This document shows positions 46,951-56,919 of a stretch of DNA of 64,000 nucleotides, piece after piece. This DNA comes from an uncultured Planctomycetaceae bacterium (GTDB lineage Bacteria; Planctomycetota; Planctomycetia; Planctomycetales; Planctomycetaceae): the NCBI GenBank assembly GCA_963815195.1, contig CAWFGE010000013.1, forward strand, positions 32,001 through 96,000. The letters are read 5' to 3'. A model generated the notes under the pieces. The model did not search any database. It was not told where the DNA came from and was given only the letters and a program-made list of their open reading frames with translations. Both the position numbers and the translations under genes were made by a program. Numbering within the stretch: the stretch's first letter is position 1; each line of letters begins with the position of its first letter.

Positions 46951-47745
46951 ATGGCCGCGCCGAGGGTCTGCGTGCTGCGGGCACCGGGAACCAATTGCGA
47001 TCTGGAAACCGCCTTTGCCTTTGAAAATTGCGGAGGCCGGGCCGACCGCGTGCACTTGATGCGGCTGTTCGAGTCACCCGGTTTGCTCGCCGACTATCAA
47101 GTGCTCTGCGTGCCCGGCGGGTTCAGTTACGGCGACGACATCGGCGCGGGCGTGATCTTTTCGCGGAAGCTCAGCGGGCAACTCGAAGCGATGCTGGGCG
47201 AATTTCTCAGTCGGGACACCTTGATCCTCGGCATCTGCAACGGGTTTCAGGTGCTGTTGAAAGCCGGCATCCTCCCCGACGGCACCACGAACTGGCCGCC
47301 CCAGGGCCCGGCCCCGGCGACGCTCACCTGGAACGACAACGGCAAATACACTGCGATTTGGGTCAGGCTGAAAGTTGCCGCGGAGCAAAACGTCTTTCTG
47401 CGGGGTCTGGACGAATTGTCATTGCCCATCGCCCACGGGGAGGGCAAGTTCGTCGCGCGGGAGGAATCCTTGATCGCCGACTGGCAGCGAAATTCCCAGA
47501 TCGCCCTCCGCTACGCCGACGGCGAACACTTGGGCGGGGACTTCCTGCCTTACCCGCACAATCCCAACGGTTCGATGGGGAACATTGCGGGATTAAGCGA
47601 CCGGACGGGCCGGGTGTTGGGCCTGATGCCGCACCCCGAGCGGTTCCTGCACCGCACCCAGCACCCGCAATGGACCCGCCGCGAGTTGGAACCCGAAGGC
47701 ACGGGCCAAAAACTCTTCCGCAACGCGGTGGAGTATTTTCAGTAA
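46951..47745 (+). CDS. purQ: Phosphoribosylformylglycinamidine synthase glutaminase subunit
   Basis: PGTNCD, PGGFSYGD, GICNGFQ, AHGEG, GLMPHPER. Confidence 0.95.
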   Translation: MAAPRVCVLRAPGTNCDLETAFAFENCGGRADRVHLMRLFESPGLLADYQVLCVPGGFSYGDDIGAGVIFSRKLSGQLEAMLGEFLSRDTLILGICNGFQVLLKAGILPDGTTNWPPQGPAPATLTWNDNGKYTAIWVRLKVAAEQNVFLRGLDELSLPIAHGEGKFVAREESLIADWQRNSQIALRYADGEHLGGDFLPYPHNPNGSMGNIAGLSDRTGRVLGLMPHPERFLHRTQHPQWTRRELEPEGTGQKLFRNAVEYFQ

Positions 47746-47761
47746 TTGCTCGTCTCCAAAA

Positions 47762-47851
47762 GTGAGCGGCTAGCGCCGGGCCGCTCACAAAGCCGGCGGC
47801 TAGCGCCGGGCCGCTCACAAAGCCGGCGGCTAGCGCCGGGCCGCTCACAAA
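47762..47851. repeat. Three tandem 30-bp REP-like units between convergent purQ and permease genes
   Basis: GCGGCTAGCGCCGGGCCGCTCACAAAGCCG at 47766, 47796 and 47826 (last partial), with no unique spacers. Confidence 0.9.
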
Positions 47852-47852
47852 A

Positions 47853-49430
47853 TCAAAAGGCTTGGGGCAGGACTTGCGAGAGCAGGACGGTGACGGCGAA
47901 GCTCACGAGGCCCATCAGGACCAGCATCGGCGTCCAGCTTTTGAGGGCTTCGGTTTCCGTGAGGCCGCCCATCTTGGCGAAGATCCAAAACCCGCTGTCG
48001 TTCATCCAGGACCCGACCAGCGAGCCGGCTCCGATGGCGGTCGCGAGATAGACGGGATGGAACGGCGGCGGGCTGCCTTGGATCATCGTGGCGAGCATGC
48101 CCGATCCGACGATCATCGCCGCGGTGCTCGAGCCTTGGGCGATCTTGAGCAGCACGGCGATCCCGAAGCCCAGCAGCAACAGCATCAGCCCTTCGCCGGA
48201 GGAGTCGCCGAACAGATCTTGAATGGCGGGGCCGATATTGGCGACTTTGAGCATCGCCCCGAAGGCGGTCCCGGCGGCTGTGATCAGAATAATCACGCCG
48301 GCGCTCATCAAGGCGAGTTCGACGGTTTTGGAGAGCTCGACCAGACTGGGCCGGCGTTGTTTGATCAGGAGCACGAGGGCAATCGCCGTGGAAAGCAGCA
48401 AGGCGAAATTCGCATTGCCGAGCATCGCAGTATAGCGGGTGGCCTGCGCCCAAAAGCCGGCCTTGGCCCTCAATTGACTTTCGGTTTGATCGAGCTTGGC
48501 TTTCGCGGCCTTCAATTCAATTTCGACCGTTTTCCGCTTCGCCTGCAGCGGGACTTTGTCGCTGGCGAGACCGATCTGCTTGTCGAGCGCCGCCAGCTGC
48601 AGTTTCAAGCCGGCATCTTCTTCCGTCAGGCCCGCCAGTTCGCTTTTGAGCGTGGGGGCCGCGTTTTTCTCCATCGTATCCGCAACCGTGTGGCAGGCGA
48701 TCAAGATCACCGGCAACAGCACCGGCAACAAGGAAACAACGAGCCCCGGTAGTTCTTCATCACTGAGCGGCTCGCGGTCTTCTTCTTCGGAAACCGTGCG
48801 GAGCGGGATATTCATCCGCCGGTCGAGGATGCGCGCGAAGGTGATGCCCGCCACCGCCGCCGGCAGCGCCACCAGCGCCCCGATGACAATCATCACGCCC
48901 AAGTCCACGCCGAGTTGAGCGGCCATCACCAAGGGGCCCGGCGTGGGCGGCACGAGGGTGTGCGTGATCGCCCCGCCCGCCGCGATCGCCAGAATGCACA
49001 AGAGATAGTTTTTGCCCGTCCGCTTGTAGAACGAACGGGCCAACGGCACGAGCAGATAGAACACCGTATCGAAGAACACCGGCACCGCCAGGACGTAACC
49101 GCTGCCCATCAGCGCCCAAGGCGATCGCTCTTCGCCCAGGACATTCAGGAAGGACCGCACGATGCGGTCGGCGGCTCCGCTGTCCATCATGCATTGGCCG
49201 ATGATCGCCGCCAGCGCGATGACGATCCCGATGCTCGTCGCCCCGCCGCCGAAGGCCTCGGCCACGCGGTTGATGGAGTTGGGCAGATCGTCCGGCTTGT
49301 TGACGCACGCCAGCAAGCTCACCACAACCGCCGCCGTGATGAGCGCCAAAAACGCGTTGATCTTGAACCGGATAATCATTCCCAGCACGATGGCGATGCC
49401 GATCGCCAGAATGAGGAGCGGATGAATCAT
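47853..49430 (-). CDS. GntP-family permease with a coiled-coil insertion
   Basis: [35 protein letters not shown]. Confidence 0.92.
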   Translation of the reverse strand: MIHPLLILAIGIAIVLGMIIRFKINAFLALITAAVVVSLLACVNKPDDLPNSINRVAEAFGGGATSIGIVIALAAIIGQCMMDSGAADRIVRSFLNVLGEERSPWALMGSGYVLAVPVFFDTVFYLLVPLARSFYKRTGKNYLLCILAIAAGGAITHTLVPPTPGPLVMAAQLGVDLGVMIVIGALVALPAAVAGITFARILDRRMNIPLRTVSEEEDREPLSDEELPGLVVSLLPVLLPVILIACHTVADTMEKNAAPTLKSELAGLTEEDAGLKLQLAALDKQIGLASDKVPLQAKRKTVEIELKAAKAKLDQTESQLRAKAGFWAQATRYTAMLGNANFALLLSTAIALVLLIKQRRPSLVELSKTVELALMSAGVIILITAAGTAFGAMLKVANIGPAIQDLFGDSSGEGLMLLLLGFGIAVLLKIAQGSSTAAMIVGSGMLATMIQGSPPPFHPVYLATAIGAGSLVGSWMNDSGFWIFAKMGGLTETEALKSWTPMLVLMGLVSFAVTVLLSQVLPQAF

Positions 49431-49643
49431 ACGAAAAATCTCCGGGCGGACTCTCGATGGAATGCGGCAATGCGGGAAAATCAAGGGGAGTTTGCGAGCA
49501 TCGCATAAGCGGCGGCCCATCGCAAGCGCAGCCCGCGGGAAACGGATACCCGCACCCAAATCGTCCGCCGAAGAGCATCTTTTTCTGGAAAATCCTGCTA
49601 TGCTGAAGGGCAACCGCGAACTTCTAAAACCCCGAGAAAGCCA

Positions 49644-49892
49644 ATGACCAATCCTTCCTACGATTCGATCACCTGGGTGTTTTGGTCGATTGAATACGAG
49701 CTTCCCAACCTCAGCTTGAGGCTCACGTGCGCGATCGATGCGTCCGATGCGGTGACCGAGGAAGAGGCTGTCGCGAATTTCCGCAAGCGGCGGCCACACG
49801 GGCGGATCAAAAAAATCAACGGCCGGCCGGTGAACGACAACGGCGTGGACGTCACGCCGCTCGAGGACGGGGACACCGAATCGGATTCGTGA
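49644..49892 (+). CDS. Small hypothetical protein
   Basis: 82-aa ORF filling the gap before ndh; no recognised motif. Confidence 0.55.
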   Translation: MTNPSYDSITWVFWSIEYELPNLSLRLTCAIDASDAVTEEEAVANFRKRRPHGRIKKINGRPVNDNGVDVTPLEDGDTESDS

Positions 49893-49933
49893 TGTCGCCG
49901 GCGCGGTTCGTCGAGTTTGGGTTTTTCCGAATG

Positions 49934-49961
49934 ACCAGGAGGCTGACGCCTCCCGCTCGCC
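49934..49961. repeat. REP-like palindrome of the CGCTCGCC-ended family (also 39696-39715, 53092-53117, 60012-60039)
   Basis: ACCAGGAGGCTGACGCCTCCCGCTCGCC versus ACCAGGGGGCTTACGCCCCCCGCTCGCC, with compensatory stem changes. Confidence 0.8.
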
Positions 49962-50058
49962 TGGTTCTGGATTTGTCATCGGATTGGCTTGACTGGTCTT
50001 TTTTGGGCGGGGGAATTGATTAGGATGAAAAGACCAGTGCAAAAAGGAAGCAACCGTT

Positions 50059-51393
50059 ATGGGCAGAAACGTTTTGATCGTGGGCGGCGGGTTCGCCGGG
50101 CTGAATGCCGCCAAGGTTCTGGGCAGCAAGCGGGACGTGGATGTCACGCTGGTGGACCGGCAGAACCATCATCTGTTCCAGCCGCTGTTGTACCAGGTGG
50201 CGACCGCGGGGCTGAGTCCGGCCGACATCGCCGCGCCCATTCGCAGCATCTTGTCGCCTTTCAAAAACATCCGCGTGCTGCAGGGGACGGCCCTGCGGAT
50301 TCATCTCGAGCGGTCCGTCGTCCGGTTCGACATCGGGGAAATGGCGTATGACGATTTGATCGTCGCCTGCGGCTCGGCCCACAGTTATTTCGGACACGAG
50401 GAATGGGAAGAATACGCCCCCGGTCTCAAGACGGTCGCCCAAGCGACCGAGATCCGCCGGCGGGTGCTCTCGGCATTTGAACGCGCGGAGCGGGCCGACA
50501 GCATCGACGAGCAGAAAAGTTGCCTGTCGTTCGTGATCGTGGGCGGCGGTCCGACGGGCGTGGAACTGGCGGGGGCGATCGGCGAAATGAGCCGGTTTAC
50601 GCTCGCCAAGGATTTCCGGCGAATCAACCCCCGGCTGACGCGGGTGATCCTGGTCGAAGCCGGTCCGCGGATCTTGCCGATGTTTTCGGAAAAACTCGCC
50701 AATCATGCCGTCCGCGATTTGGAAAAGCTGGGCGTGCAGATTTGGACATCTTCCGTAGTGACGCACGTGGATGCCCACGGCGTCGAGTTGGGGGATGAGC
50801 GATTGCATGCCGCCACCGTGCTCTGGGCCGCGGGAAATGAAGCCTCCGAGCTCGGCCCCCTAAGCGACATCCAAACGGACAACCGCGGGCGGATGGTCGT
50901 CGAGAAGGATCTGAGCCTGCCGGACTATCCCCACGTGTTCGTCGCCGGCGACCAGGCGATCTTCACCCACCAGACGGGCCGGCCGCTGCCCGGCACCGCG
51001 CCGGTGGCGATTCAGCAGGGGCGGTTCATCGGCAAGACGATCCTCCGCGATCTCCAAGGCCAGCCCCGCGAGGAATTTCACTTCGTGGACAAAGGCCAAA
51101 TGGCGACCATCGGCCGCAGCCGGGCGATTGCGGAGCGGGGACGGTTTCGCTTCACCGGCTGGCTGGCGTGGTTCACCTGGCTCGTGGTCCACATCTATTA
51201 CTTGACGGGCTTTCGGAACCGCGTGTTCGTCGTGATGCAGTGGGCCTTCTCTTACCTGAGCTTCCGCCGCGGCGCCCGGTTGATCGTCGAAAAAGAATGG
51301 AAGAAAGAGCACCTCGCCCCCACCGAGGAAACCCCCGGCGCCCCGGCGGTGGAAGTCGCGGCGGTGGAAGTCGCGGCGGACAAGAAGGATTGA
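50059..51393 (+). CDS. ndh: Type II NADH dehydrogenase
   Basis: [44 protein letters not shown]. Confidence 0.93.
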   Translation: MGRNVLIVGGGFAGLNAAKVLGSKRDVDVTLVDRQNHHLFQPLLYQVATAGLSPADIAAPIRSILSPFKNIRVLQGTALRIHLERSVVRFDIGEMAYDDLIVACGSAHSYFGHEEWEEYAPGLKTVAQATEIRRRVLSAFERAERADSIDEQKSCLSFVIVGGGPTGVELAGAIGEMSRFTLAKDFRRINPRLTRVILVEAGPRILPMFSEKLANHAVRDLEKLGVQIWTSSVVTHVDAHGVELGDERLHAATVLWAAGNEASELGPLSDIQTDNRGRMVVEKDLSLPDYPHVFVAGDQAIFTHQTGRPLPGTAPVAIQQGRFIGKTILRDLQGQPREEFHFVDKGQMATIGRSRAIAERGRFRFTGWLAWFTWLVVHIYYLTGFRNRVFVVMQWAFSYLSFRRGARLIVEKEWKKEHLAPTEETPGAPAVEVAAVEVAADKKD

Positions 51394-51419
51394 GAAGCGG
51401 AGAGCCGGAACGCGATGAG

Positions 51420-51617
51420 CTACGAGGCTTCAAAGAATCGCCGGGTGCTGCCGCCTTCTGGGACGACGTCCACGCGGACCTGTTTTGCACAGCGGGGGCA
51501 CCAGCCGACATAGGCGTTTTTGCTGGCGTTCAGATACAGCCGGGTGTAAACATTGCAGCAGCGCATATGCACGCCCAAAAATGGGCGTCCGCCGGAACCG
51601 GCAGGCGATACGGACAT
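51420..51617 (-). CDS. Small putative zinc-binding protein
   Basis: RPFLGVHMRCCNVY...CPRC...RFF; RBS GAGGA upstream. Confidence 0.75.
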   Translation of the reverse strand: MSVSPAGSGGRPFLGVHMRCCNVYTRLYLNASKNAYVGWCPRCAKQVRVDVVPEGGSTRRFFEAS

Positions 51618-51652
51618 GGATCGATCCTCGTGACCGAAAATTGCAACAACCG

Positions 51653-51744
51653 AATTATGGAGCACAAAATCATGTCCGGCGATCGGGGCGGCGGCTTTGT
51701 CAGAAGACGGCTTCAGATTTCAAATGATTCTGTGCCCCATGATT
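51653..51744. repeat. Intergenic inverted repeat
   Basis: AATTATGGAGCACAAAATCAT (51653-51673) versus the reverse complement of 51724-51744; 18 of 21 match. Confidence 0.7.
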
Positions 51745-51827
51745 TTGTAATGATTGCCAATGCCGTTTTTTCTTCGTGCCTTCGTGGTTTTCCCTCTGGG
51801 AGGTTGTACGCCACATTCGCGTTTTCA

Positions 51828-52184
51828 TCAATCGGAATCCGCGACGAACGGCCGGCGGAGGTTTAGGCATTCCGGGCCGGCGAGTTCGTAATCCCGGCAG
51901 ACCACCGGCCGCCATTCGTAATGCTGGCAGGACTGCGTGTCCGGATCGTACCACAGGCAGCGGTCTTGCGGTTCCTGTCCGCGAAACAGCCCCGCGAAAT
52001 GCCGATCGATTTCCTCGATCAACGGGGCGGGCAATCCCTCCGGGCGGAAGGGATGCGCGTCCTCCCAAGCCGGCCGCGATTGATACAACAGCACCGGCGA
52101 GCCGATGCCCTGGCAGCACAGCCCGCACCCGGCACAGGATTCCGGCGTGAGTTGATCGAACGCTTCCGCGGGCGATGCCGCCAT
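51828..52184 (-). CDS. YkgJ-family cysteine cluster protein
   Basis: CAGCGLCC...CLWYD...CQHYEWRPVVCRDY. Confidence 0.88.
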   Translation of the reverse strand: MAASPAEAFDQLTPESCAGCGLCCQGIGSPVLLYQSRPAWEDAHPFRPEGLPAPLIEEIDRHFAGLFRGQEPQDRCLWYDPDTQSCQHYEWRPVVCRDYELAGPECLNLRRPFVADSD

Positions 52185-52188
52185 CGGT

Positions 52189-53007
52189 TCAGCCTCCCAA
52201 GTCCCGCCTGAGATCCTCGAAAGCGGCTTGCATTTCGCTCAATTCCATCTGCACGCTTTCCAAGAGTTCCCGCAACTCGCGGTTTTCCGTCCGCAGATCT
52301 TCCAAGGCCGTTTCCACATCCGTAATCCGCGAGAGCGCGGCCGCTTCCAAATCGGGCTGATGCGCGGCGTGTCTGGGAGCGGCATGCGGCGCGGGGGCTT
52401 CGCCGCCCTCGGGCACGGCGTCTTTTTGCAGCGTCATGTTTTCCTTGGGCCGATACAGATTGTGATCGACCTCGGTGCCCCGGCGTTCCAGGTCGCCCGT
52501 GGTCTGGAGCAGATTCCTTTCCATCAGGCCTTCGAGTTCCGCGCGAAGCTGTTCCAGGGAATCGATCGGAACCATTCGGCTCGCGCGGGTCCGCAGTTCG
52601 CCCAAGCGCTGCCGGCCGCGAAGCATCAATTCGGTGAGGATCGCGAGTTGGGGTTCCGTCAGCGTGAAGCGGTGCCGCATGTAATGGCGAAACCGCGAAG
52701 TCCGGCCGGAATCGGTGTACACTTCGCCGATCAGCCCGAGATCGCGAAGCTGGTCGAGCGTGTCGAGGATTTGGGTTTCATCGTATTCCACGACGGGCGA
52801 GCGGTTGCTTTTCTGATTGCAGCCGGCCGTAAGGGCTTTGGGGGTCAGGGGATATTGGTCCGGCGTGGTGAAGGCTTTTTCCAACAGCACGCCGAGCACC
52901 CGGCGCTGCTGCCGGCTGAGTTCGGTAATCGGCGGAGCGTTTTCGGGAGGGGGTTCGGTCAACACAAGCGCACCTTTCCAACGCAAAATCGCGGGGACTC
53001 GTTCCAT
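52189..53007 (-). CDS. DUF480 (YceH-like) protein
   Basis: RVLGVLLEK..TTPDQYPLT, CNQKSNR, LMLRG, ELRTRASRM; true start may be ~40 nt downstream. Confidence 0.88.
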   Translation of the reverse strand: MERVPAILRWKGALVLTEPPPENAPPITELSRQQRRVLGVLLEKAFTTPDQYPLTPKALTAGCNQKSNRSPVVEYDETQILDTLDQLRDLGLIGEVYTDSGRTSRFRHYMRHRFTLTEPQLAILTELMLRGRQRLGELRTRASRMVPIDSLEQLRAELEGLMERNLLQTTGDLERRGTEVDHNLYRPKENMTLQKDAVPEGGEAPAPHAAPRHAAHQPDLEAAALSRITDVETALEDLRTENRELRELLESVQMELSEMQAAFEDLRRDLGG

Positions 53008-53193
53008 CCATCTCGGCGTTAGTTTGAAACACCCGAGTTTCGGACGTCAAGTCCCGGCCCGCAATTTCGAGGCGGCGCGCGAAACGAAAACGGCGAGCGG
53101 CCGGCGTCAGCCGGCTGATCACTCCCGAATGCTTGTTGTCGCTTGGGTTTCAGTGCGTGACCTTCATTCCAATGATCACGGGGCTGACGCGTT

Positions 53194-53256
53194 GGGTGGC
53201 ACGCCCTGAGGTACGAAGGGCGTGGTCTTTCGATTCGCCACGCCCTTCGCTCCGCT
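53194..53256. repeat. GGGTGGCAC-family REP doublet (degenerate)
   Basis: GGGTGGCACGCCCTGAGGTACGAAGGGCGTG...CCACGCCCTTCG; near-identical to 58962-59041. Confidence 0.8.
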
Positions 53257-53265
53257 TCTTGAGGC

Positions 53266-53670
53266 TTATGAATCCGAGTCGCCCGTCTTTTTCGCGGGGG
53301 CGTCTTCTTTCTTGGTCGCGGATTTGCCGGTTTTCCGTTTGTCCTCGCGGGCTTTCAGCGCCTGCTTTTGTTCGTCCGTGAGCACGCCATAGATTTCCTC
53401 GGATTCTTTGTCTTTGAGCGCATCCAGTTGCTTCTGGAGTTCTTCGATCTGAACGTGATACTTCTCCTGTATCCCATAAATCATCGTGCGCTGCTGCTGC
53501 GTGAGACCGATTTGTCCATAGCCGTTGGGCAGCCGGCCCCGGAACTTCTTAGTGGTGGTTTTTGCAGTGTCTTTCGGGGTCTTGGTTTGGGTTTGCGCGA
53601 GCATGGTGGTTGTGGCGAACGCCAACACGCAGAAAATCAACCCATAGCGAACGGAAGAGGCACGAAACAT
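53266..53670 (-). CDS. Secreted Lys-rich hypothetical protein
   Basis: Signal peptide; GRLPNGYGQIGLTQQQR...VLTDEQK helical core. Confidence 0.75.
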   Translation of the reverse strand: MFRASSVRYGLIFCVLAFATTTMLAQTQTKTPKDTAKTTTKKFRGRLPNGYGQIGLTQQQRTMIYGIQEKYHVQIEELQKQLDALKDKESEEIYGVLTDEQKQALKAREDKRKTGKSATKKEDAPAKKTGDSDS

Positions 53671-53780
53671 CGGAGCGTTCCTTTTAAGAATTGGCCCAAA
53701 AAACCTCTCTGCCAACCTGTATGCCAGAGCATTAGTATCGTGCGCAAGCCATTCAGAATTTTCAACCCAAATTGCCTATT

Positions 53781-54851
53781 TTATTTTTTCGGCCGATAAC
53801 TCGCCTTGCCCGGGATTTGGGTACGGAGGCTCAAGAGCAGCGTCCCGCAGGTGATGTAGAGGGTTTTCAAATCCGCTCCGCCGAAGGTGCAGTTGGTGAT
53901 CGTGTCCTGGGGCGTGTCGGCGTAGGCCAGCAGCTTGCCTTCCGGCGAGATGACATGAATGCCGGGCTTGGTGTCCAGCGTTTCGCTGGTGCTTCGGCGT
54001 TTGTGAAGGCCGGCGGCGACATACAGGTTGCCGGCTTCATCAATGCACATCCCGTCGCCGCTGCGGCCGGGATAAAAGTCGATCAGCGTCCGGCGGTTGG
54101 AAAGATTGCCGGCGTCATCGAGATCGAAAGCGAGGATGCTGCGGTTGTAGTCGGCGTCAGGGTGGGCCTCGATGAGGGACAGCGTCCTCGAATCCGGCGA
54201 GGTGACGATCCCGTTGGGCATGTGCACGTCGGGCCAATGGAGGAGCTGCGTGAGCGGATACTTGCCGTCGGGACCGGGATCGGGATCGATCCGGTAGACG
54301 GCGTTCACGTTGCCTTTGGCCGGATCGCTGACGCCGGGCCGCGAGGAGAAATAAATCCGCCCCTTGTCGTCCATCGTGAGATCGTTGGGGGCGGCGAGCG
54401 GAAAGCCGTTGTATTTGTCGGCCAGGACCGTAATTTTTCCGGTCTGCCTGTCGGTCCGCGTGACTCGTCCCGCCCCGCCCTCGCACGCCAGAAGATTTCC
54501 GTCCAGATCGAACAAGAGCCCGTTGGTTTGATGGCTGTTTTCGCGAAACAGCGACAGTTCTCTCGCCTGGGGATCCCATTTGAGGATTTTTTCCACAGGC
54601 ACATTGGTGAAATACACGACGCCGTCGCGATCGACCGCCGGGCCTTCCGTGAAGACCTCCTTGTCGTCGATCCGGGTTTCGATGGCGACGATTCCGAGAT
54701 ACTTGCTCGACTGGAGCCCTTGATAACGTTTGCTTTCCGCCGCACGGCCCAATGGCGAACCGCCCAGCATCGCCCCGCTGAAGGCCGCCGCCGAGATCTC
54801 CAAAAACCGCCGGCGATCGAGCGATGTGGCGAAAGGAGAGGAAGGACTCAT
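53781..54851 (-). CDS. SMP-30/gluconolactonase family protein with a Tat signal
   Basis: DRRRFLE; FTEGPA, APNDL, PNGI, GDGMCID, TNCTFGG. Confidence 0.92.
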   Translation of the reverse strand: MSPSSPFATSLDRRRFLEISAAAFSGAMLGGSPLGRAAESKRYQGLQSSKYLGIVAIETRIDDKEVFTEGPAVDRDGVVYFTNVPVEKILKWDPQARELSLFRENSHQTNGLLFDLDGNLLACEGGAGRVTRTDRQTGKITVLADKYNGFPLAAPNDLTMDDKGRIYFSSRPGVSDPAKGNVNAVYRIDPDPGPDGKYPLTQLLHWPDVHMPNGIVTSPDSRTLSLIEAHPDADYNRSILAFDLDDAGNLSNRRTLIDFYPGRSGDGMCIDEAGNLYVAAGLHKRRSTSETLDTKPGIHVISPEGKLLAYADTPQDTITNCTFGGADLKTLYITCGTLLLSLRTQIPGKASYRPKK

Positions 54852-55111
54852 GGAAAACCTCAGAGATAAGGTCTCAAGATTTCGTGGGACCGACATTTTT
54901 GTCTGTCGGCGCGTTCGAGCCGCCCCATCCTAACCCCGGAAACGGCGAAAGTCATTCCTCCGGCGGGTTTTGTTGCCTGGGCGGTCTAATTTCTCCACCT
55001 TCGCATTCCGGGATTCCCCGCAAAGGCGGGTTTGCGTTAGACTGAAAGAAGAGGTCAACGGGCTTCTTTTAGGGGGCGCAGTTGCGCGCCATTCGAGCGA
55101 GACTGTTCAGC

Positions 55112-56881
55112 ATGCCGGGCACCGAGAGCCAAACTTCCGCCGCCGACCCGCCGGAGCAACCGGCTGCGCGGTCCGCGGAACGTTTCCCCACCAGGCGGGG
55201 GGGGCTCTCGCAGGTGCGGCAGTTTATGGAATCCCTGTTGTGCCTGGCGCTGGCGGTGATCGTGTTTCGCACCTTCGAGGTCGAGGGCTATATGATCTCC
55301 ACCGGCTCCATGGCTCCCTCGCTGTTGGGGTTCCAAAAGCGCGTCGTCTGCCCGACGTGCAAATATCCGTTTGCCTTCGGCGTGTCTTATCAATCAGACG
55401 ACGGCGGCACGATTGCCGGCGACGGCGAAGAAGCCGACGCCTTAGACGAACCACGCCAGTTTTGCACCTGCCCGAATTGCGGGCAGCGGGCCATCGAGAT
55501 TTCGCGCGTTCCGCGAAACCAAGGCGACCAATTGCTGGTATTTCGAGAAGCCTACTGGTGGCGATTGCCTCGGCGGTGGGAAGTCGTCGTGTTTCGCAAC
55601 CCCTACGAGACCACGCAGGCTTACGTCAAACGCCTCGCGGGTCTGCCGGGCGAGACGATCGAAATTCGAAACGGGGACGTGTACGCCGACGGCCACCTCT
55701 GCCGGAAGGATTACCGCACCCAGAAAGCCGTGCGGATTCCGGTGTACGATCACGATTACGAACCGACGGACGATCCCGAATGGCATTCCCGCTGGCAGCC
55801 CGACCCCGGCTGGAAACGGGACGGGCACGGATTTTTGACGCGGGGGGAAAGCGTCGTCCCCAAACGGGTCGGGGAAATTGACAAAGCGAACTCGGCGCGG
55901 GCTTCAGCCGAAAGTCCTTGGTCCTGGGTGACTTATGGAAACTATTTTCGGTCGGGCGGCGGGCATGTGACTTCGGTGGACGTGCCGATTATCGAAGACG
56001 GCCTCAAGTGGCCCGCCGATTTGTCGCCGGCGCAGTTCGATCTGAAGACCCGGCGGCTATCGGTGACGGGGGTCATGTCGGCGGAATTGCGGGAGCGGTT
56101 GCTGGCGGTGTCGGGCGATCCAGAATTCCAAAACGCCGTGGAGCAGTTGTCCGAGCGGTCGCATTACTCGCCGGTGATGGATGAATACGGCTACAATCGG
56201 CCCTCGACCTTTTCGGGTCAGAACGCGGTGCGGGACGTGATGATTTCAGCCAAACTGGATATCGACGACAACCAACCCGCCGATCCGCCGCATCGGCAAT
56301 TCGCCATCGACATGACGGACGGTTTGAATACGTTTCGGATGTTGTGGGATTTTCGCGAGCGGGAGATCCGCTTGCTGCGGAATCCGGAACGCTCGCCGAA
56401 TGCGCTTCCCGTGCGGACGGCGGTCTTGCGGCCGGAGTGGGACGCCGAGCCGTGCGACGTGGAGATGTCGTTGATCGATCGGCAGGTGACGGCTGCGGTC
56501 AACGGGGAAGAGATTTTCCCGGCGTGGCCGATTGCCGATCCGCCCGATGCCCGCCCGTCGCCGCGGTATCCGGTGCGGTTTGGAGCCCAGGGCGTCGCAG
56601 CGCGGTTGGGGGCTTTGCAACTGTTTCGCGACGTCTATTATACAAGTGAGGAAGACGCCAAGCCGTTTTTCTTGAAGGACGGCGAAATCTATGTTTTGGG
56701 CGACAACAGCCCGGTTTCGCTGGACAGCCGGCGGTGGGACAACGGGGCGGTTCCGTTGAAACTCCTGTTGGGCAAACCGTTTGTGGTGCATTTGCCTTCG
56801 CGGCAGATGGAAATCCGCATCGGCGAAACCATCCGGCACATCCGCGTTCCCGATTTTTCGCGAGTTCGCTATATTCGCTAG
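55112..56881 (+). CDS. lepB: Signal peptidase I (S26) with zinc-ribbon and large insertions, copy 1
   Basis: TGSMAPSL (Ser), YVKRLAGLPGE (Lys), LGDNSPVSLDSR; CPTC...CPNC insert. Confidence 0.9.
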   Translation: MPGTESQTSAADPPEQPAARSAERFPTRRGGLSQVRQFMESLLCLALAVIVFRTFEVEGYMISTGSMAPSLLGFQKRVVCPTCKYPFAFGVSYQSDDGGTIAGDGEEADALDEPRQFCTCPNCGQRAIEISRVPRNQGDQLLVFREAYWWRLPRRWEVVVFRNPYETTQAYVKRLAGLPGETIEIRNGDVYADGHLCRKDYRTQKAVRIPVYDHDYEPTDDPEWHSRWQPDPGWKRDGHGFLTRGESVVPKRVGEIDKANSARASAESPWSWVTYGNYFRSGGGHVTSVDVPIIEDGLKWPADLSPAQFDLKTRRLSVTGVMSAELRERLLAVSGDPEFQNAVEQLSERSHYSPVMDEYGYNRPSTFSGQNAVRDVMISAKLDIDDNQPADPPHRQFAIDMTDGLNTFRMLWDFREREIRLLRNPERSPNALPVRTAVLRPEWDAEPCDVEMSLIDRQVTAAVNGEEIFPAWPIADPPDARPSPRYPVRFGAQGVAARLGALQLFRDVYYTSEEDAKPFFLKDGEIYVLGDNSPVSLDSRRWDNGAVPLKLLLGKPFVVHLPSRQMEIRIGETIRHIRVPDFSRVRYIR

Positions 56882-56919
56882 TTTTCAGAATCAACAACAA
56901 ACGACACGGACAGAGAATC

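Noticed and set aside
49431..50147. 239-aa N-terminal extension of the GntP permease in the ORF track
   Set aside because: It overlaps ndh and another ORF on the opposite strand; the family-like sequence starts at MIHPLLIL (49430).
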